A DNA stretch of 64,000 nucleotides from contig JASJXX010000003.1 in assembly GCA_030123765.1 (NCBI GenBank), positions 10,795 through 74,794 of the forward strand, read 5' to 3'. This DNA comes from Actinomycetota bacterium. GTDB lineage: Bacteria > Actinomycetota > Acidimicrobiia > Spongiisociales > UBA5794. Within the stretch, counting starts at the first letter, position 1. The number at the start of each line of letters is the position of its first letter. A model generated the notes under the pieces. The model was not told the DNA's origin. It was given only the letters and a program-made list of their open reading frames with translations, and did no database searches. Below, piece after piece: positions 50,433-59,994 of this stretch. Made by a program: the position numbers and the translations under genes.

Positions 50433-53400
50433 TCATCGAAAATCACGTGATGCCATCGAGGGGGCCGGCCACTCATTGAGCCGACGTGCGACAAGATTCG
50501 TGACCCCATTGCGGTACTCGAGCACTCCGTCTACCACGATCCCGACCGCCTTGCGTGCGATCTCATAGTTCGCCTCCCACACTCCAGGCATAATCACTAC
50601 GTTCATGATCCCCGTCTCGTCCTCGAGGTTGATGAACCGCACACCATTCGCCGTCTCAGGCCGTTGCCTGTGCGTAACGACTCCTGCAACTGTGATCCGG
50701 GTGTTGTGCCTCCTGAGGCGGAGTGCGTCAGCAACAGCGATTACCCCGCTATCGGCGAGACGACTCCGGATGAACGAGACCGGGTGCAGCGTCGAGATCC
50801 CTGTCGACCACAGGTCGACCCGCATCTGAGTGTCTCCATCCATCTCGGGGAGCGGGGGCGGCGTTGAGTGGTCCTGTAAGGCAAGACGGCCCGGCCCGAG
50901 CCAGGCAAGTGAACCGGCTACCCACATGCCATCACGTCTCCCCAGTCCCAGAGATCCCAACGCACCCGCCCCGGCGAGACCCTCATATGCATCAATGGAG
51001 AGCCCCGTCCGTTGAGCAAAATCCTCCGGTGAGGTGAACGTCCCCGCAGCGAGGCGGGCAGCTTCGATGCGGATGATCTCCCCCTCTCCGAGGTTGCGCA
51101 CGTAGCGCAGACCGAGGCGGAGAGCAACGGGTTGACGCACCGGGTCGTCTACAGCTCCCATGCCTCGTCTCCACGCCAAACCGAGATATTCGGCTAATCC
51201 GTCAGTGCCCGCATCGTGTGGTTCGACGGTGCAGTCATGGATCGAGTGGTTCACATCGGGCGGGAGCGTGGTGACTCCATGGTGAAGCGCATCGGCAACG
51301 AGAGAGTTGGGAGTGTAGAACCCCATCGGTTGAGCATTGAGCAGGCCGGCGAAAAACTCACAGGGCCAGTGATACTTGAGCCACGACGCTGCATACACAA
51401 TGTAGGCAAAGGAGACAGCGTGTGACTCGGGGAAGCCGAAGGAGGCGAACCCTCGCAGCTTCTCCCATAGTTCGTCAGCGGGTGGTCCTTCGATGCCTCT
51501 ACCAGCCATCCCCTCGTACACCTCACTCTGGAGCTTGGCCATCTCCTCTGTGGATCGCTTGTGGGTCATCGCCTGACGAAGCCGCTCCGACTGTCCCGGG
51601 GTAAACCCCGCGCACACCCGTGCAATCTCCATGAGCTGCTCCTGAAAGATCGGGACACCGAGCGTTCTGGCAAGGATCGGTTCGGCTTCCGGATGGACAT
51701 ACCGCACGGGCTCATCACCGCTTCGTCTCCGCAGATACGGATGTACGGACTGGCCCTGGATAGGGCCCGGGCGGATCAGGGCAACCTCGATGGCGAGGTC
51801 GTAGAACGTACGCGGCTTCATCCGGGGGAGCGTCGCCATCTGTGCCCTGGATTCGACCTGGAACACCCCCACGGTGTCTGCACGGGTGAGCATCTCGTAC
51901 ACGACCGGCTCCTGGGGAATCGTGGCGAGATCAACATCGATGCCGTGGACATCCGAGATGATGTCAACAGAGAGATGAAGCGCGTTGAGGGCACCGAGCG
52001 CAAGGAGGTCGAGCTTGACGATCCCCATCGCAGCAGCATCGGTCTTATCCCACTGGATGACCGAGCGGTCCTGCATTCTCCCCCACTCCATGGGAACGAT
52101 CTCCCACAGGGGACGCCGGGCCACGACCATGCCACCCGAGTGGATGCTGAGATGCCTTGGGAAGCCGTCAAGCCTGTTGCACACGTCATAGATGTGTTCG
52201 GCGGTCAGCCCACCCGGCAGGTCGACAACGTCCCTGAGTTCCTTCGGGTTGCGAGTGTCGACGTACCTGGTGAGCCCGTTCACCTGAGCCTGGCTCAGCC
52301 CGAAAGCCTTCCCGACATCCTGGAGGAGCGACCTCGCGCGGTAGGTGACCACGTTGGCGACCATCGCTGCGCGCTCGCGACCGTATCGTCGGTAGCAGTA
52401 TTGAATGATCTCTTCGCGCCTCTCTGCTTCGAAGTCGATGTCGATGTCGGGCGGCCTCCCCCGATCATGGGAGAGGAACCGCTCGAATGGCAGCCCGAGA
52501 CGGATGGGGTCAACACGGGTGAGGTTGATGCAGCGGCACACCGCAGAGTCAGCCCCCGAGCCACGGATCTGGCAGTAGATGTCCCGGGACCGCGCGAACT
52601 GCACGATGTCCCATACGACGAGGAAGTAACCCGCGAATCCGAGGTCTCTGATGACCCCGAGCTCGTGTTCAAGACGTCGGCGGGCCACCGGGTCAATGCC
52701 GTCCTCACTCCCCGGGTACACCCCTGCTGCTCCCTCGTATACGAGGAAGGAGAGGTACTCGTCCTCGGTGGTGAAGGAGCCTGGGATCGGGAAGTCCGGC
52801 AGTTCAGGGGCAAGTAGGTTGAGATCGAACGCGAGCGACCCTCCAAGGTCTGCGGCACGTTCGACTGCACCTGGATATCGAGCGAAACGTCGCGCCATCT
52901 CATCGGGTGTGCGGAGATGTCTGAGATCGGTCGCTGGTCGGAATCCGTCAGCCTCTCCGAGGTCTCTGCGTCCCCCGATCGCTGCGAGCACTTCGGAGAG
53001 ATCAGCATCACGGCTGTAGGCGTAGTGCACGTTGTTGGTTGCGACGGTTGCAATCCCGAGACGCATCCCGACCTCGGCGAGCATGTCATTGCGCTTGTCA
53101 TCACCGGGCAATCCGTGATGGGTCAGCTCGATGTAGAACCGGTCACCGAAGACCTCCTTGAGCTTCGCTGCCTCGCTGAGAGCGCCAAGAAAGTCACCCC
53201 GCGATGCAGCGCTCGGAACGGACCCCTGCCAGCAACCTGCCAATGCGACGAGGTTCCCATCGGTGACTGCTTCGGCAAGGTCACGATATGAGTATCTCGG
53301 AGCATCCTTCTCCCCCCGGAACTGCCCCCTCGTGACGAACTGTCCGATCGCTGCATAGCCAGCAGGGTCGGGTGCAAGGAGTATGAGATGGTCAGTCGGC

Positions 53401-53777
53401 TCACGTTCGACGGGCTTGGTCCCGTGCATCCTGCGGGTGCGACCCCGCCGGGTGAGATCGGTCGTACCTGGTCCGGGTTCCTTCTGATCTCGGGGCGCCA
53501 TAAGATCTTCAACGGGCCTCTCCGTGCGATCGGTCTGATCCCTCGGCATCCCGACCTCGGTTCCGTAAACGATCGGCAGACCAACCTCCAATGCGTGCGC
53601 GTGTACCTGGACAGCGCCGCGGAACCCGTCGTGATCGGTGATGCCAAGGGCCTCGTACCCGAGCTCCGCCGCGCGTCGCACAAGCTCCCCAGCCCACGAC
53701 GCGCCGTCGAGAAACGAGTAATTGGTGTGACAATGCAACTCAGCGTATCTACTCACCAGTCCAGTATAATCGAACAT
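50433..53777 (-). CDS. dnaE2: Error-prone DNA polymerase DnaE2 (ImuC)
   Basis: PHP domain ELHCHTNYSFLDG; Pol III alpha core. Start taken at the ATG at 53777 inside the LexA box (alternatives GTG 53756 or 53831). A ~60-aa low-complexity insertion lies inside the PHP domain. Confidence 0.85.
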   Translation of the reverse strand: MFDYTGLVSRYAELHCHTNYSFLDGASWAGELVRRAAELGYEALGITDHDGFRGAVQVHAHALEVGLPIVYGTEVGMPRDQTDRTERPVEDLMAPRDQKEPGPGTTDLTRRGRTRRMHGTKPVEREPTDHLILLAPDPAGYAAIGQFVTRGQFRGEKDAPRYSYRDLAEAVTDGNLVALAGCWQGSVPSAASRGDFLGALSEAAKLKEVFGDRFYIELTHHGLPGDDKRNDMLAEVGMRLGIATVATNNVHYAYSRDADLSEVLAAIGGRRDLGEADGFRPATDLRHLRTPDEMARRFARYPGAVERAADLGGSLAFDLNLLAPELPDFPIPGSFTTEDEYLSFLVYEGAAGVYPGSEDGIDPVARRRLEHELGVIRDLGFAGYFLVVWDIVQFARSRDIYCQIRGSGADSAVCRCINLTRVDPIRLGLPFERFLSHDRGRPPDIDIDFEAERREEIIQYCYRRYGRERAAMVANVVTYRARSLLQDVGKAFGLSQAQVNGLTRYVDTRNPKELRDVVDLPGGLTAEHIYDVCNRLDGFPRHLSIHSGGMVVARRPLWEIVPMEWGRMQDRSVIQWDKTDAAAMGIVKLDLLALGALNALHLSVDIISDVHGIDVDLATIPQEPVVYEMLTRADTVGVFQVESRAQMATLPRMKPRTFYDLAIEVALIRPGPIQGQSVHPYLRRRSGDEPVRYVHPEAEPILARTLGVPIFQEQLMEIARVCAGFTPGQSERLRQAMTHKRSTEEMAKLQSEVYEGMAGRGIEGPPADELWEKLRGFASFGFPESHAVSFAYIVYAASWLKYHWPCEFFAGLLNAQPMGFYTPNSLVADALHHGVTTLPPDVNHSIHDCTVEPHDAGTDGLAEYLGLAWRRGMGAVDDPVRQPVALRLGLRYVRNLGEGEIIRIEAARLAAGTFTSPEDFAQRTGLSIDAYEGLAGAGALGSLGLGRRDGMWVAGSLAWLGPGRLALQDHSTPPPLPEMDGDTQMRVDLWSTGISTLHPVSFIRSRLADSGVIAVADALRLRRHNTRITVAGVVTHRQRPETANGVRFINLEDETGIMNVVIMPGVWEANYEIARKAVGIVVDGVLEYRNGVTNLVARRLNEWPAPSMASRDFR

Positions 53778-53785
53778 GTGTTCGA
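53770..53785. promoter_or_regulatory. Perfect-palindrome LexA box overlapping the dnaE2 start
   Basis: TCGAACATGTGTTCGA. Confidence 0.85.
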
Positions 53786-53846
53786 CTATGCCCGGCCACT
53801 CCACAGAGCAGAGTGCTACCGTCTGAGGCATACTTAAGGGACAGGG

Positions 53847-54068
53847 ATGAACTCCGATACACCAATATTCAGCGACGACGCCGATCCTCCTACGGAGGAG
53901 ATCTACATCAAGTTGCGCGAGCTCGAGACAGCGGCGGCGGAGACACGCGATGCCACCTCCCTCGAACCGTCCCCCGTCGTCGCCGACGACGCTCCTACGG
54001 GGATAAAGGGGCGCATCGCGCGACTGAGAGCCATCCTCTCCGACCGTGGTGCAGAGCCTCTCGACTGA
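53847..54068 (+). CDS. Small acidic hypothetical protein (73 aa), divergent from dnaE2
   Basis: ORF with reasonable codon usage; shares the SOS-box intergenic region. Confidence 0.35.
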   Translation: MNSDTPIFSDDADPPTEEIYIKLRELETAAAETRDATSLEPSPVVADDAPTGIKGRIARLRAILSDRGAEPLD

Positions 54069-54101
54069 ACATCTCTCCGCGATATAGCCTAGAGTGGGGC
54101 T

Positions 54102-54482
54102 ATGACCGAGTTCTCGGTAAGGCTTGCAAATCGGCCCGGTCAGCTAGCTACGCTGGCCAGGCTGTTCGCCGACGCGGGAGTCGACATCGAGGCTCTCGCC
54201 GCCGTTTCGGACGAAGGCCTCTTCCACATTCGCATCGTCGTTGAGCATGCAGCCAGGGCGCGTCGCCTGCTCATGAGCGCTGACATCGTCTTCGATGAAC
54301 GCGACATCCTTCACACCTTCGTACCCAGAGGATCAGGCGGCCTCGCCACAATCACGGAGAACCTCGCCCGGTCAGACGTCAACGTCGAATCGATGTACCT
54401 CCTCCACACCAATGCCGAGGGCTTCCACCTTGCCATCACCGTCTCTGACACTGATCGAGCGGCCCAGGCGCTCGCTGTGTGA
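54102..54482 (+). CDS. ACT-domain protein
   Basis: Two ACT-like halves (VRLANRPGQLATLARLFADAGVDIEAL). Confidence 0.6.
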   Translation: MTEFSVRLANRPGQLATLARLFADAGVDIEALAAVSDEGLFHIRIVVEHAARARRLLMSADIVFDERDILHTFVPRGSGGLATITENLARSDVNVESMYLLHTNAEGFHLAITVSDTDRAAQALAV

Positions 54483-54484
54483 GT

Positions 54485-56329
54485 TCAGACGTTCGAGAGT
54501 GTGTGTCGTGCTGAAGCCGCTACACCGGGAGCACTGAGTCCGATCCGCTCAAGAATCACATCTGGCTTCGCATGCGGGATGTACTCGATAGGCACACCGA
54601 GCACCGCCACCCTCGCCGACGCGTCCATGTCATCGAGAGCGAGCTGGATAGCCGTGCCAACACCACCCTCGCGGAAGCCGTCCTCAACGGATATCACCAC
54701 ATCGTGTGAAGCGGCGTCTTCAAGCATCAGCGGGTCGAGAGGTTTCACGATCCTGGGATCCCACACGGTGGCGTCGATTCCGTCCTCTGCGAGCAGTTCG
54801 GCGGCATCGACACACACCTTGAGCATCTTGCCCGCACCGATGAAGCAGAGCCTGCTGCCCGATCCCTGACGTACCTTACGCGCGGTGAGGCCGGATCCGA
54901 CGTCGCTCTCATCGACCATGGGCGCCTCCGTCTTCGGCCACCGAATCGAGACAGGCCCGTCACAGAGTTCGATGGCATCGACGAGCATCACCTCCAACTC
55001 CTGATACGACGAGGGCGCCATGACGGTCATCCCGGGCACTTTCATGCACAACACCATGTCGAGGACTCCATGATGGGAGGGTCCGTCGTCTCCTGTGACG
55101 CCGGCGCGGTCGAGACAGAACACGACGTGCTGGCCGTGGAGCCCGACATCGAGATTCACCTGATCGATCGCACGAGTGAGGAAGGTCGAGTAGATCGCCA
55201 CGACGGGGATCAATCCGCCCATCGCCATGCCGGCCGCGGCGCCGACGGCGTGCTGTTCGGCGATGCCTACGTCGAAACATCTGTCGGGAAACCGCTCCTG
55301 GAACGCCAGGATTCCCGTCGAGTCAGGCATCGCAGCCGTGATGGCGACGAGCTTCGGGTAGAGCTCGCCGAGCTTGCACAGCGTCTCGGCGAAGGCAGCC
55401 GTGTAGCTTCCTGGCTTGATCGATCCCGTATCGTGCATGAACTTGATGGTGTCGTTCTCAGCTGGTGCGTATCCACGCCCCTTCTGTGTCACGATGTGTA
55501 CGACGACCGGCCCATCGAACTGCTGGGCGCTCCTCAGCGCACCTTCGACGACGCTGACGTCGTGCCCGTCATACGGTCCAAGATACCTGACACCGAGATC
55601 CTCAAAGAATGCGGAGGGCTCCCACATGTCTCGGATCGCTGCCTTCGTGGCGCTAATTCCACGGCCGAGCACACCCCCCATGCCGGGAATCTTCTCAGCT
55701 ATCTCTTCGAGTTTGCGCTGCCTGCGCATGTAGACAGGATTCGCTCGAATCCGCATAAGACTCTCGGAGAGCTTGGAGACTGTCGGCGCGTAGCTACGGC
55801 CGTTGTCGTTGAGCACGATCGTGACGTCGCGTCCGCTGTGACCCAGGTTGTTGAGCCCTTCGAAGGCCATGCCACCCGTCATGGAACCGTCGCCGATGAC
55901 TGCAATGACGTGTCCCGGATCACTCCCTTCGCCCTCAAGCTCACGTGCTGTCGCGATCCCGTATGCGTAACTCAGAACCGTGCTTGCATGGCTGTTCTCA
56001 ATCACGTCGTGTTCGGACTCGCTTCGGCTCGGATACCCGCTGAGGCCACCCTCCTGGCGCAGCTCCTTGAAGCCCTCCCTACGACCGGTCACGATCTTGT
56101 GCACATACGCCTGATGTCCCGTGTCCCACAGGATGATGTCCCGAGGCGAATCGAAAACTCGATGAAGAGCGAGGGTCAACTCCACGACACCGAGGTTTGA
56201 ACCGAGATGCCCACCGTGCCGATCGACGGCATCGACGATGAACGTGCGGAGCTCTTCGGCGAGCACTCTCAGTTCGCTGTAGTCGAGGCGCCGGACATCG
56301 GCCGGCCCGTCGATGTGTTCTAGATACAT
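54485..56329 (-). CDS. dxs: 1-deoxy-D-xylulose-5-phosphate synthase
   Basis: TPP-binding GDG; transketolase-like domains. ATG MYLEHIDGP. Confidence 0.9.
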   Translation of the reverse strand: MYLEHIDGPADVRRLDYSELRVLAEELRTFIVDAVDRHGGHLGSNLGVVELTLALHRVFDSPRDIILWDTGHQAYVHKIVTGRREGFKELRQEGGLSGYPSRSESEHDVIENSHASTVLSYAYGIATARELEGEGSDPGHVIAVIGDGSMTGGMAFEGLNNLGHSGRDVTIVLNDNGRSYAPTVSKLSESLMRIRANPVYMRRQRKLEEIAEKIPGMGGVLGRGISATKAAIRDMWEPSAFFEDLGVRYLGPYDGHDVSVVEGALRSAQQFDGPVVVHIVTQKGRGYAPAENDTIKFMHDTGSIKPGSYTAAFAETLCKLGELYPKLVAITAAMPDSTGILAFQERFPDRCFDVGIAEQHAVGAAAGMAMGGLIPVVAIYSTFLTRAIDQVNLDVGLHGQHVVFCLDRAGVTGDDGPSHHGVLDMVLCMKVPGMTVMAPSSYQELEVMLVDAIELCDGPVSIRWPKTEAPMVDESDVGSGLTARKVRQGSGSRLCFIGAGKMLKVCVDAAELLAEDGIDATVWDPRIVKPLDPLMLEDAASHDVVISVEDGFREGGVGTAIQLALDDMDASARVAVLGVPIEYIPHAKPDVILERIGLSAPGVAASARHTLSNV

Positions 56330-56581
56330 GGTCGGTGGTCTCCCGCGTGAGACGGTAGCGAGACGGGACCCGAACACGCAGGCGTTTGGACTCTCGGAGC
56401 GTGAAAGGTGTCGTCTTCAGTCGCACCGAGAAAGGTAGCCACACCAGAGACGCAGACCCGAGACGAAGATCCATCCCCGGGAATTCTCGGCAAGATCGCT
56501 GCCGGCCACCGTGATAGGGGCAGCCTCGATCCGTGGGGTGATGCCCGCGTAGCTTGAGATCCGCTCCGCTACGATCGACGC

Positions 56582-57499
56582 ATGGACGCCCTCTCTCCCG
56601 CCGACCTCGCCGCAGTACGGGCTCGCCTTGATCAATCCGGTCGGCCGATGGAACGGGCTCTGGTGGCGTACCGATTGGACCGTGGATCTGTCGCGGATGT
56701 GCTTGAGACACTCACGGGCTTCCAGAACGACGACGGAGGTTTCGGACATGGGCTCGAGCCGGATCTGAAGAGCCCTTCATCAAGTCCGTTCCAGACTTCG
56801 GTTGCGTTTCAGATCTTCAGGGAGCTCGGTACACCCGCCAGTCATCCGATGGTGTCACGTGGACTGGCCTATCTCCAAGACACCTACGACGTCTCGACTC
56901 GGAGTTGGCCGGTCACCCCGGCTGATGTGGAGCGTCATCCACACGCCCCCTGGTGGGTAGAGGCCGCGGCCACACCTTCGATCGACAATCTCAACCCCCG
57001 AGCCGAGCTGCTCGGTGTCCTGCTCGAGTATCGAGATGCCCGTTTCGGCGACTGGGTCGATTCCGTTGAAGACGCTGTGCGAGACTGCCTCGCGCGAACT
57101 GCGGAGTTGGAGATGCATGAGGTGCTCTGCGTTCTCCGCTTGGCCGAGACGCCACGCCTTTCGACCGAGTGGATGCCTGAGTTGGCGGGTCAGCTCGTGC
57201 CGGCAGCCGAGGCGTGTGTCGGTACGGAGCGAGCAGCATGGGAGGGCTACGGCCTGCGGCCTATTGATGTCGCGCCTCGACCGGGTGGGCTCCTGAGCTC
57301 AGAGTTTGGGGAGGTGGCAGGCATGTACTGCGACTACCTCGTTGCAACGGTCAGCGAGGATGGGGTCTGGTCGCCGACTTGGTCGTGGTCAGAGCAGTAT
57401 CCCGAGGCATGGGAGCACGCGAGGCAGGAGTGGATCGGGATCATCATCGCCAGGCACCTGCAGGTGCTGTCCGCCTACGACCGATTGCCTCATCAATGA
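56582..57499 (+). CDS. Prenyltransferase/squalene-oxidase-repeat (alpha-alpha toroid) protein
   Basis: FQNDDGGFGH repeat motif. Confidence 0.5.
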   Translation: MDALSPADLAAVRARLDQSGRPMERALVAYRLDRGSVADVLETLTGFQNDDGGFGHGLEPDLKSPSSSPFQTSVAFQIFRELGTPASHPMVSRGLAYLQDTYDVSTRSWPVTPADVERHPHAPWWVEAAATPSIDNLNPRAELLGVLLEYRDARFGDWVDSVEDAVRDCLARTAELEMHEVLCVLRLAETPRLSTEWMPELAGQLVPAAEACVGTERAAWEGYGLRPIDVAPRPGGLLSSEFGEVAGMYCDYLVATVSEDGVWSPTWSWSEQYPEAWEHARQEWIGIIIARHLQVLSAYDRLPHQ

Positions 57500-57500
57500 C

Positions 57501-57540
57501 ACGCGAGACATCGCGTCCGTTGGCAACGTTGCCAACTTCT
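57501..57540. terminator. Tandem hairpins between convergent genes (candidate bidirectional terminator)
   Basis: ACGCGA-gaca-TCGCGT followed by the 18-bp palindrome GTTGGCAACGTTGCCAAC and then TTCTATC. Confidence 0.4.
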
Positions 57541-57698
57541 ATCAGGCTGTCAGTTCCGCGTAGAGAACCCTTCCCTCAGCCAACTCGGCTTCTCCACGCG
57601 CCCCGGCGGGGAACTCAGCCAAGGCTGCACCTCAACCCAACGCACACCGATTCTGTAGGCGATGCTCAACCGCCACCGACGCCCGTGATCAGTCGGAG

Positions 57699-58679
57699 CT
57701 AGAGGGCGTCAACAGCGCTCAACACCCATGCAAGGCCGTCGGTTGGATCTTCTACACCGATGTGGAGATTCCATCCACCGACCCTATCCCCGGGATCCCA
57801 CAGCACCCAACGCAGGTCTGACGCCTCGTCACCGAGGGTGGATGAGTCCTCGGGCACGTCGTCGTAGCCGAGGAGTTCGAGAAGCACCCACCATGCCCCG
57901 ACACGACCGCTAGGCGTTCCCCGCCGGCGGCCGTGACCTCCCCCGCTAGCTCCAGCCCAGGCCATTGCCTCGAACGCTGTCTGAAGCGAGATGTCAACGA
58001 GGCGCACGCGGTGTGGCCCGAGAGTACGAATCGCATCCTCCACAGTCCCGTCGACTGTGATCACCTCGGCCTTGCCGAGAGAGTCCTCCCACCACGGCTT
58101 CACGAGGTCCATCATCGTGTCACACACCGCATCGTTACGTTCACGGTCAACCGGCTCTCCGAGCTCCGTCCAGTTCATCTCGAGACCGAAAATGTCGTCT
58201 GGGAACGTGGCCCGATCAGAGGTGTAACGAGCGGTGGGATACTTCGGCTCCCATGGCTGGAGCGTCACCGGAACCTCGAGGATCCCTCCGTCAACGGAGC
58301 TCTCATCCACGACGTCGCCACGTATCGACCGCTCACTCGCGACCAGGGCGCGGATCGTCGGCACCTTCACGTACGCCTCAAGTTCTCCCCACTCGTGTGA
58401 TGATGCAGCAACCTCCCACAACGGCCCGAGAGCGAACCGGCCTCTGCCGTCAGTCATCACAGACGCGGCAACCTCTCCGGGAGCTTCGAGGGCGAGCCGG
58501 TACTCGGCGAACTGCGAGACCGCCCACAGCTGTTTGCCGCGCGTTACCGCCTCTTCACAGCGGTCGCGCAGGTCGATGAGCTCGTCCCACTCCCGACGGC
58601 CACAGATCGCGTCGATTCGACGGATCAGGGAGGTAATGTCGCTCGCCTCGATGAGCGGGCTGATGCTGTCTTCGGTCAC
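57699..58679 (-). CDS. Hypothetical protein (326 aa) at the distal end of the tad operon
   Basis: Long ORF with no recognisable domain. Confidence 0.5.
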   Translation of the reverse strand: MTEDSISPLIEASDITSLIRRIDAICGRREWDELIDLRDRCEEAVTRGKQLWAVSQFAEYRLALEAPGEVAASVMTDGRGRFALGPLWEVAASSHEWGELEAYVKVPTIRALVASERSIRGDVVDESSVDGGILEVPVTLQPWEPKYPTARYTSDRATFPDDIFGLEMNWTELGEPVDRERNDAVCDTMMDLVKPWWEDSLGKAEVITVDGTVEDAIRTLGPHRVRLVDISLQTAFEAMAWAGASGGGHGRRRGTPSGRVGAWWVLLELLGYDDVPEDSSTLGDEASDLRWVLWDPGDRVGGWNLHIGVEDPTDGLAWVLSAVDAL

Positions 58680-58725
58680 CCGTCGATCCTAAACGACAGG
58701 CGAGAGATGGGAGACAGGTCTGGGT

Positions 58726-59124
58726 CTAACCGGCGATCGGGATTGCGCATCCTGTTGCCTTGACAACAACGGTGCGCACGCCGATGAAGGCGAGGGTTCG
58801 GGGACGGTACACATCGGTGATGGTGACGCACACTCTGGCATGATCGGCCTGGACGGTGACTCTCTCGTCCCCGCTCCCCCACATGCCGCCAACCCTCTCA
58901 GCTTCAGCAACCGCGGCCTCCACATCGAGAGAGATCACGGCCTCGTACGCGCCAGCGTTCGAGAGCTTCGCTGCGGCGGACTCGGCCGCCAGGTCTGCCA
59001 CGGTGGCAACATCGCGATACGCCGCTCCGAGCAACGATATCTCGACCACGAGCGCAGCCACGCTGAACGCGACGAAGATCAGACCTGCGGCCATCGGGAG
59101 CATCGACCCTCGTTCGCCTCTCAC
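58726..59124 (-). CDS. TadE/TadG-like pseudopilin
   Basis: N-terminal hydrophobic helix LPMAAGLIFVAFSVAALVVEI. Confidence 0.6.
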   Translation of the reverse strand: MRGERGSMLPMAAGLIFVAFSVAALVVEISLLGAAYRDVATVADLAAESAAAKLSNAGAYEAVISLDVEAAVAEAERVGGMWGSGDERVTVQADHARVCVTITDVYRPRTLAFIGVRTVVVKATGCAIPIAG

Positions 59125-59534
59125 GGTCGACTCCGATACGGGCTGACAGGGACTTCAACACGTGAGTGAACGGTTCGAGTGACACGAGCACCGCCCACCG
59201 CGATGAGTTCGACCTCGCGCGTCGCGATGACCTCGATGACTCCGTCACGATCAACGATCCGCACCGCCACACCGTCGTGCCTCGGGGGCTCCCTCCCGTG
59301 CCTGGCCACCCACACCGCTGTATCGCGTGCCGTCGTGTGCACAATCGCATTCGCCTCGGTGAGCCGGGCAGCCATCGACACGACCGGGAGCACCATGAGC
59401 ACGACAGCGAACCCCACCACGATGATCTCGAGGAGGGCGAGGCCTCGTTGTCCGGTCAAGGGGGCACCACCCGCACGACGGAGCGCTCGATGGAGACCGT
59501 TACCGGTATGAAGTCCGGTCCCGGAGGCACCCAC
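59121..59534 (-). CDS. TadE-like pseudopilin (start uncertain)
   Basis: GQRGLALLEIIVVGFAVVLMVLPVV. Confidence 0.55.
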   Translation of the reverse strand: MGASGTGLHTGNGLHRALRRAGGAPLTGQRGLALLEIIVVGFAVVLMVLPVVSMAARLTEANAIVHTTARDTAVWVARHGREPPRHDGVAVRIVDRDGVIEVIATREVELIAVGGARVTRTVHSRVEVPVSPYRSRP

Positions 59535-59800
59535 CGGAACGTAACGACGCCGCGAAGGGATGTCTCGTCACCAGTTACAGCGACGGTCAGGTCTTCAGCT
59601 CCGGGTACGACGGCCAGGACGTCACGCGAGAGCGCCGACTGCACGACGGCAACTTCCGTCTCCGCGACCACTGCCCGCCGAAGAGCTGCTTCAAGGGACG
59701 TAGCTGCCGCGCTCCGGGCCAGGATCAGGAAACCGATCTGGACGATCAACGTCAACAGGATGAAAAACACGCCGATCGCGACGATGCCCTCAATCGTGTA
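59456..59800 (-). CDS. TadE-like pseudopilin. Its true start is unresolved: there is no canonical start codon between the flp stop and the RGSYTIEG motif
   Basis: RGSYTIEGIVAIGVFFILLTLIVQIGF TadE N-terminal motif. The ORF-track upstream extension would fully overlap flp in another frame. Confidence 0.5.
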   Translation of the reverse strand, partial: YTIEGIVAIGVFFILLTLIVQIGFLILARSAAATSLEAALRRAVVAETEVAVVQSALSRDVLAVVPGAEDLTVAVTGDETSLRGVVTFRWVPPGPDFIPVTVSIERSVVRVVPP

Positions 59801-59811
59801 AGAGCCCCTGT

Positions 59812-59967
59812 TCAGCCGAAGAAGCCGCTGAATTGGACCGCCACGTTCGACCAGATGTCCTCGGCAGTGCCTCGCACCTGGGGCAGCAAAAGTGCAATCA
59901 CCAGAACCGCGATGGTTGCCAGCCCGAGCCACTCGACGGTGGTTGCTCCTCGTTCGTTCTTCAACAT
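59812..59967 (-). CDS. flp: Flp-family type IVb pilin (51 aa); not in the ORF track
   Basis: Own translation: MLKNERGATTVEWLGLATIAVLVIALLLPQVRGTAEDIWSNVAVQFSGFFG. GGAGGG RBS. A G-x-T-x-V-E-W-type prepilin motif followed by a hydrophobic helix. Confidence 0.75.
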   Translation of the reverse strand: MLKNERGATTVEWLGLATIAVLVIALLLPQVRGTAEDIWSNVAVQFSGFFG

Positions 59968-59994
59968 TGTTCATCCCTCCTTGGGATCGATAGT

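Noticed and set aside
56480-56580. GGGGTGATGCCCGCGTAGC...TTGAGA, reminiscent of TPP-riboswitch (thi-box) elements upstream of the dxs side
   Set aside because: The elements are out of order and the ACCTGATCTGG core is absent. The adjacent gene on that strand is not thiamine-related. I treat it as chance similarity in a divergent promoter region.
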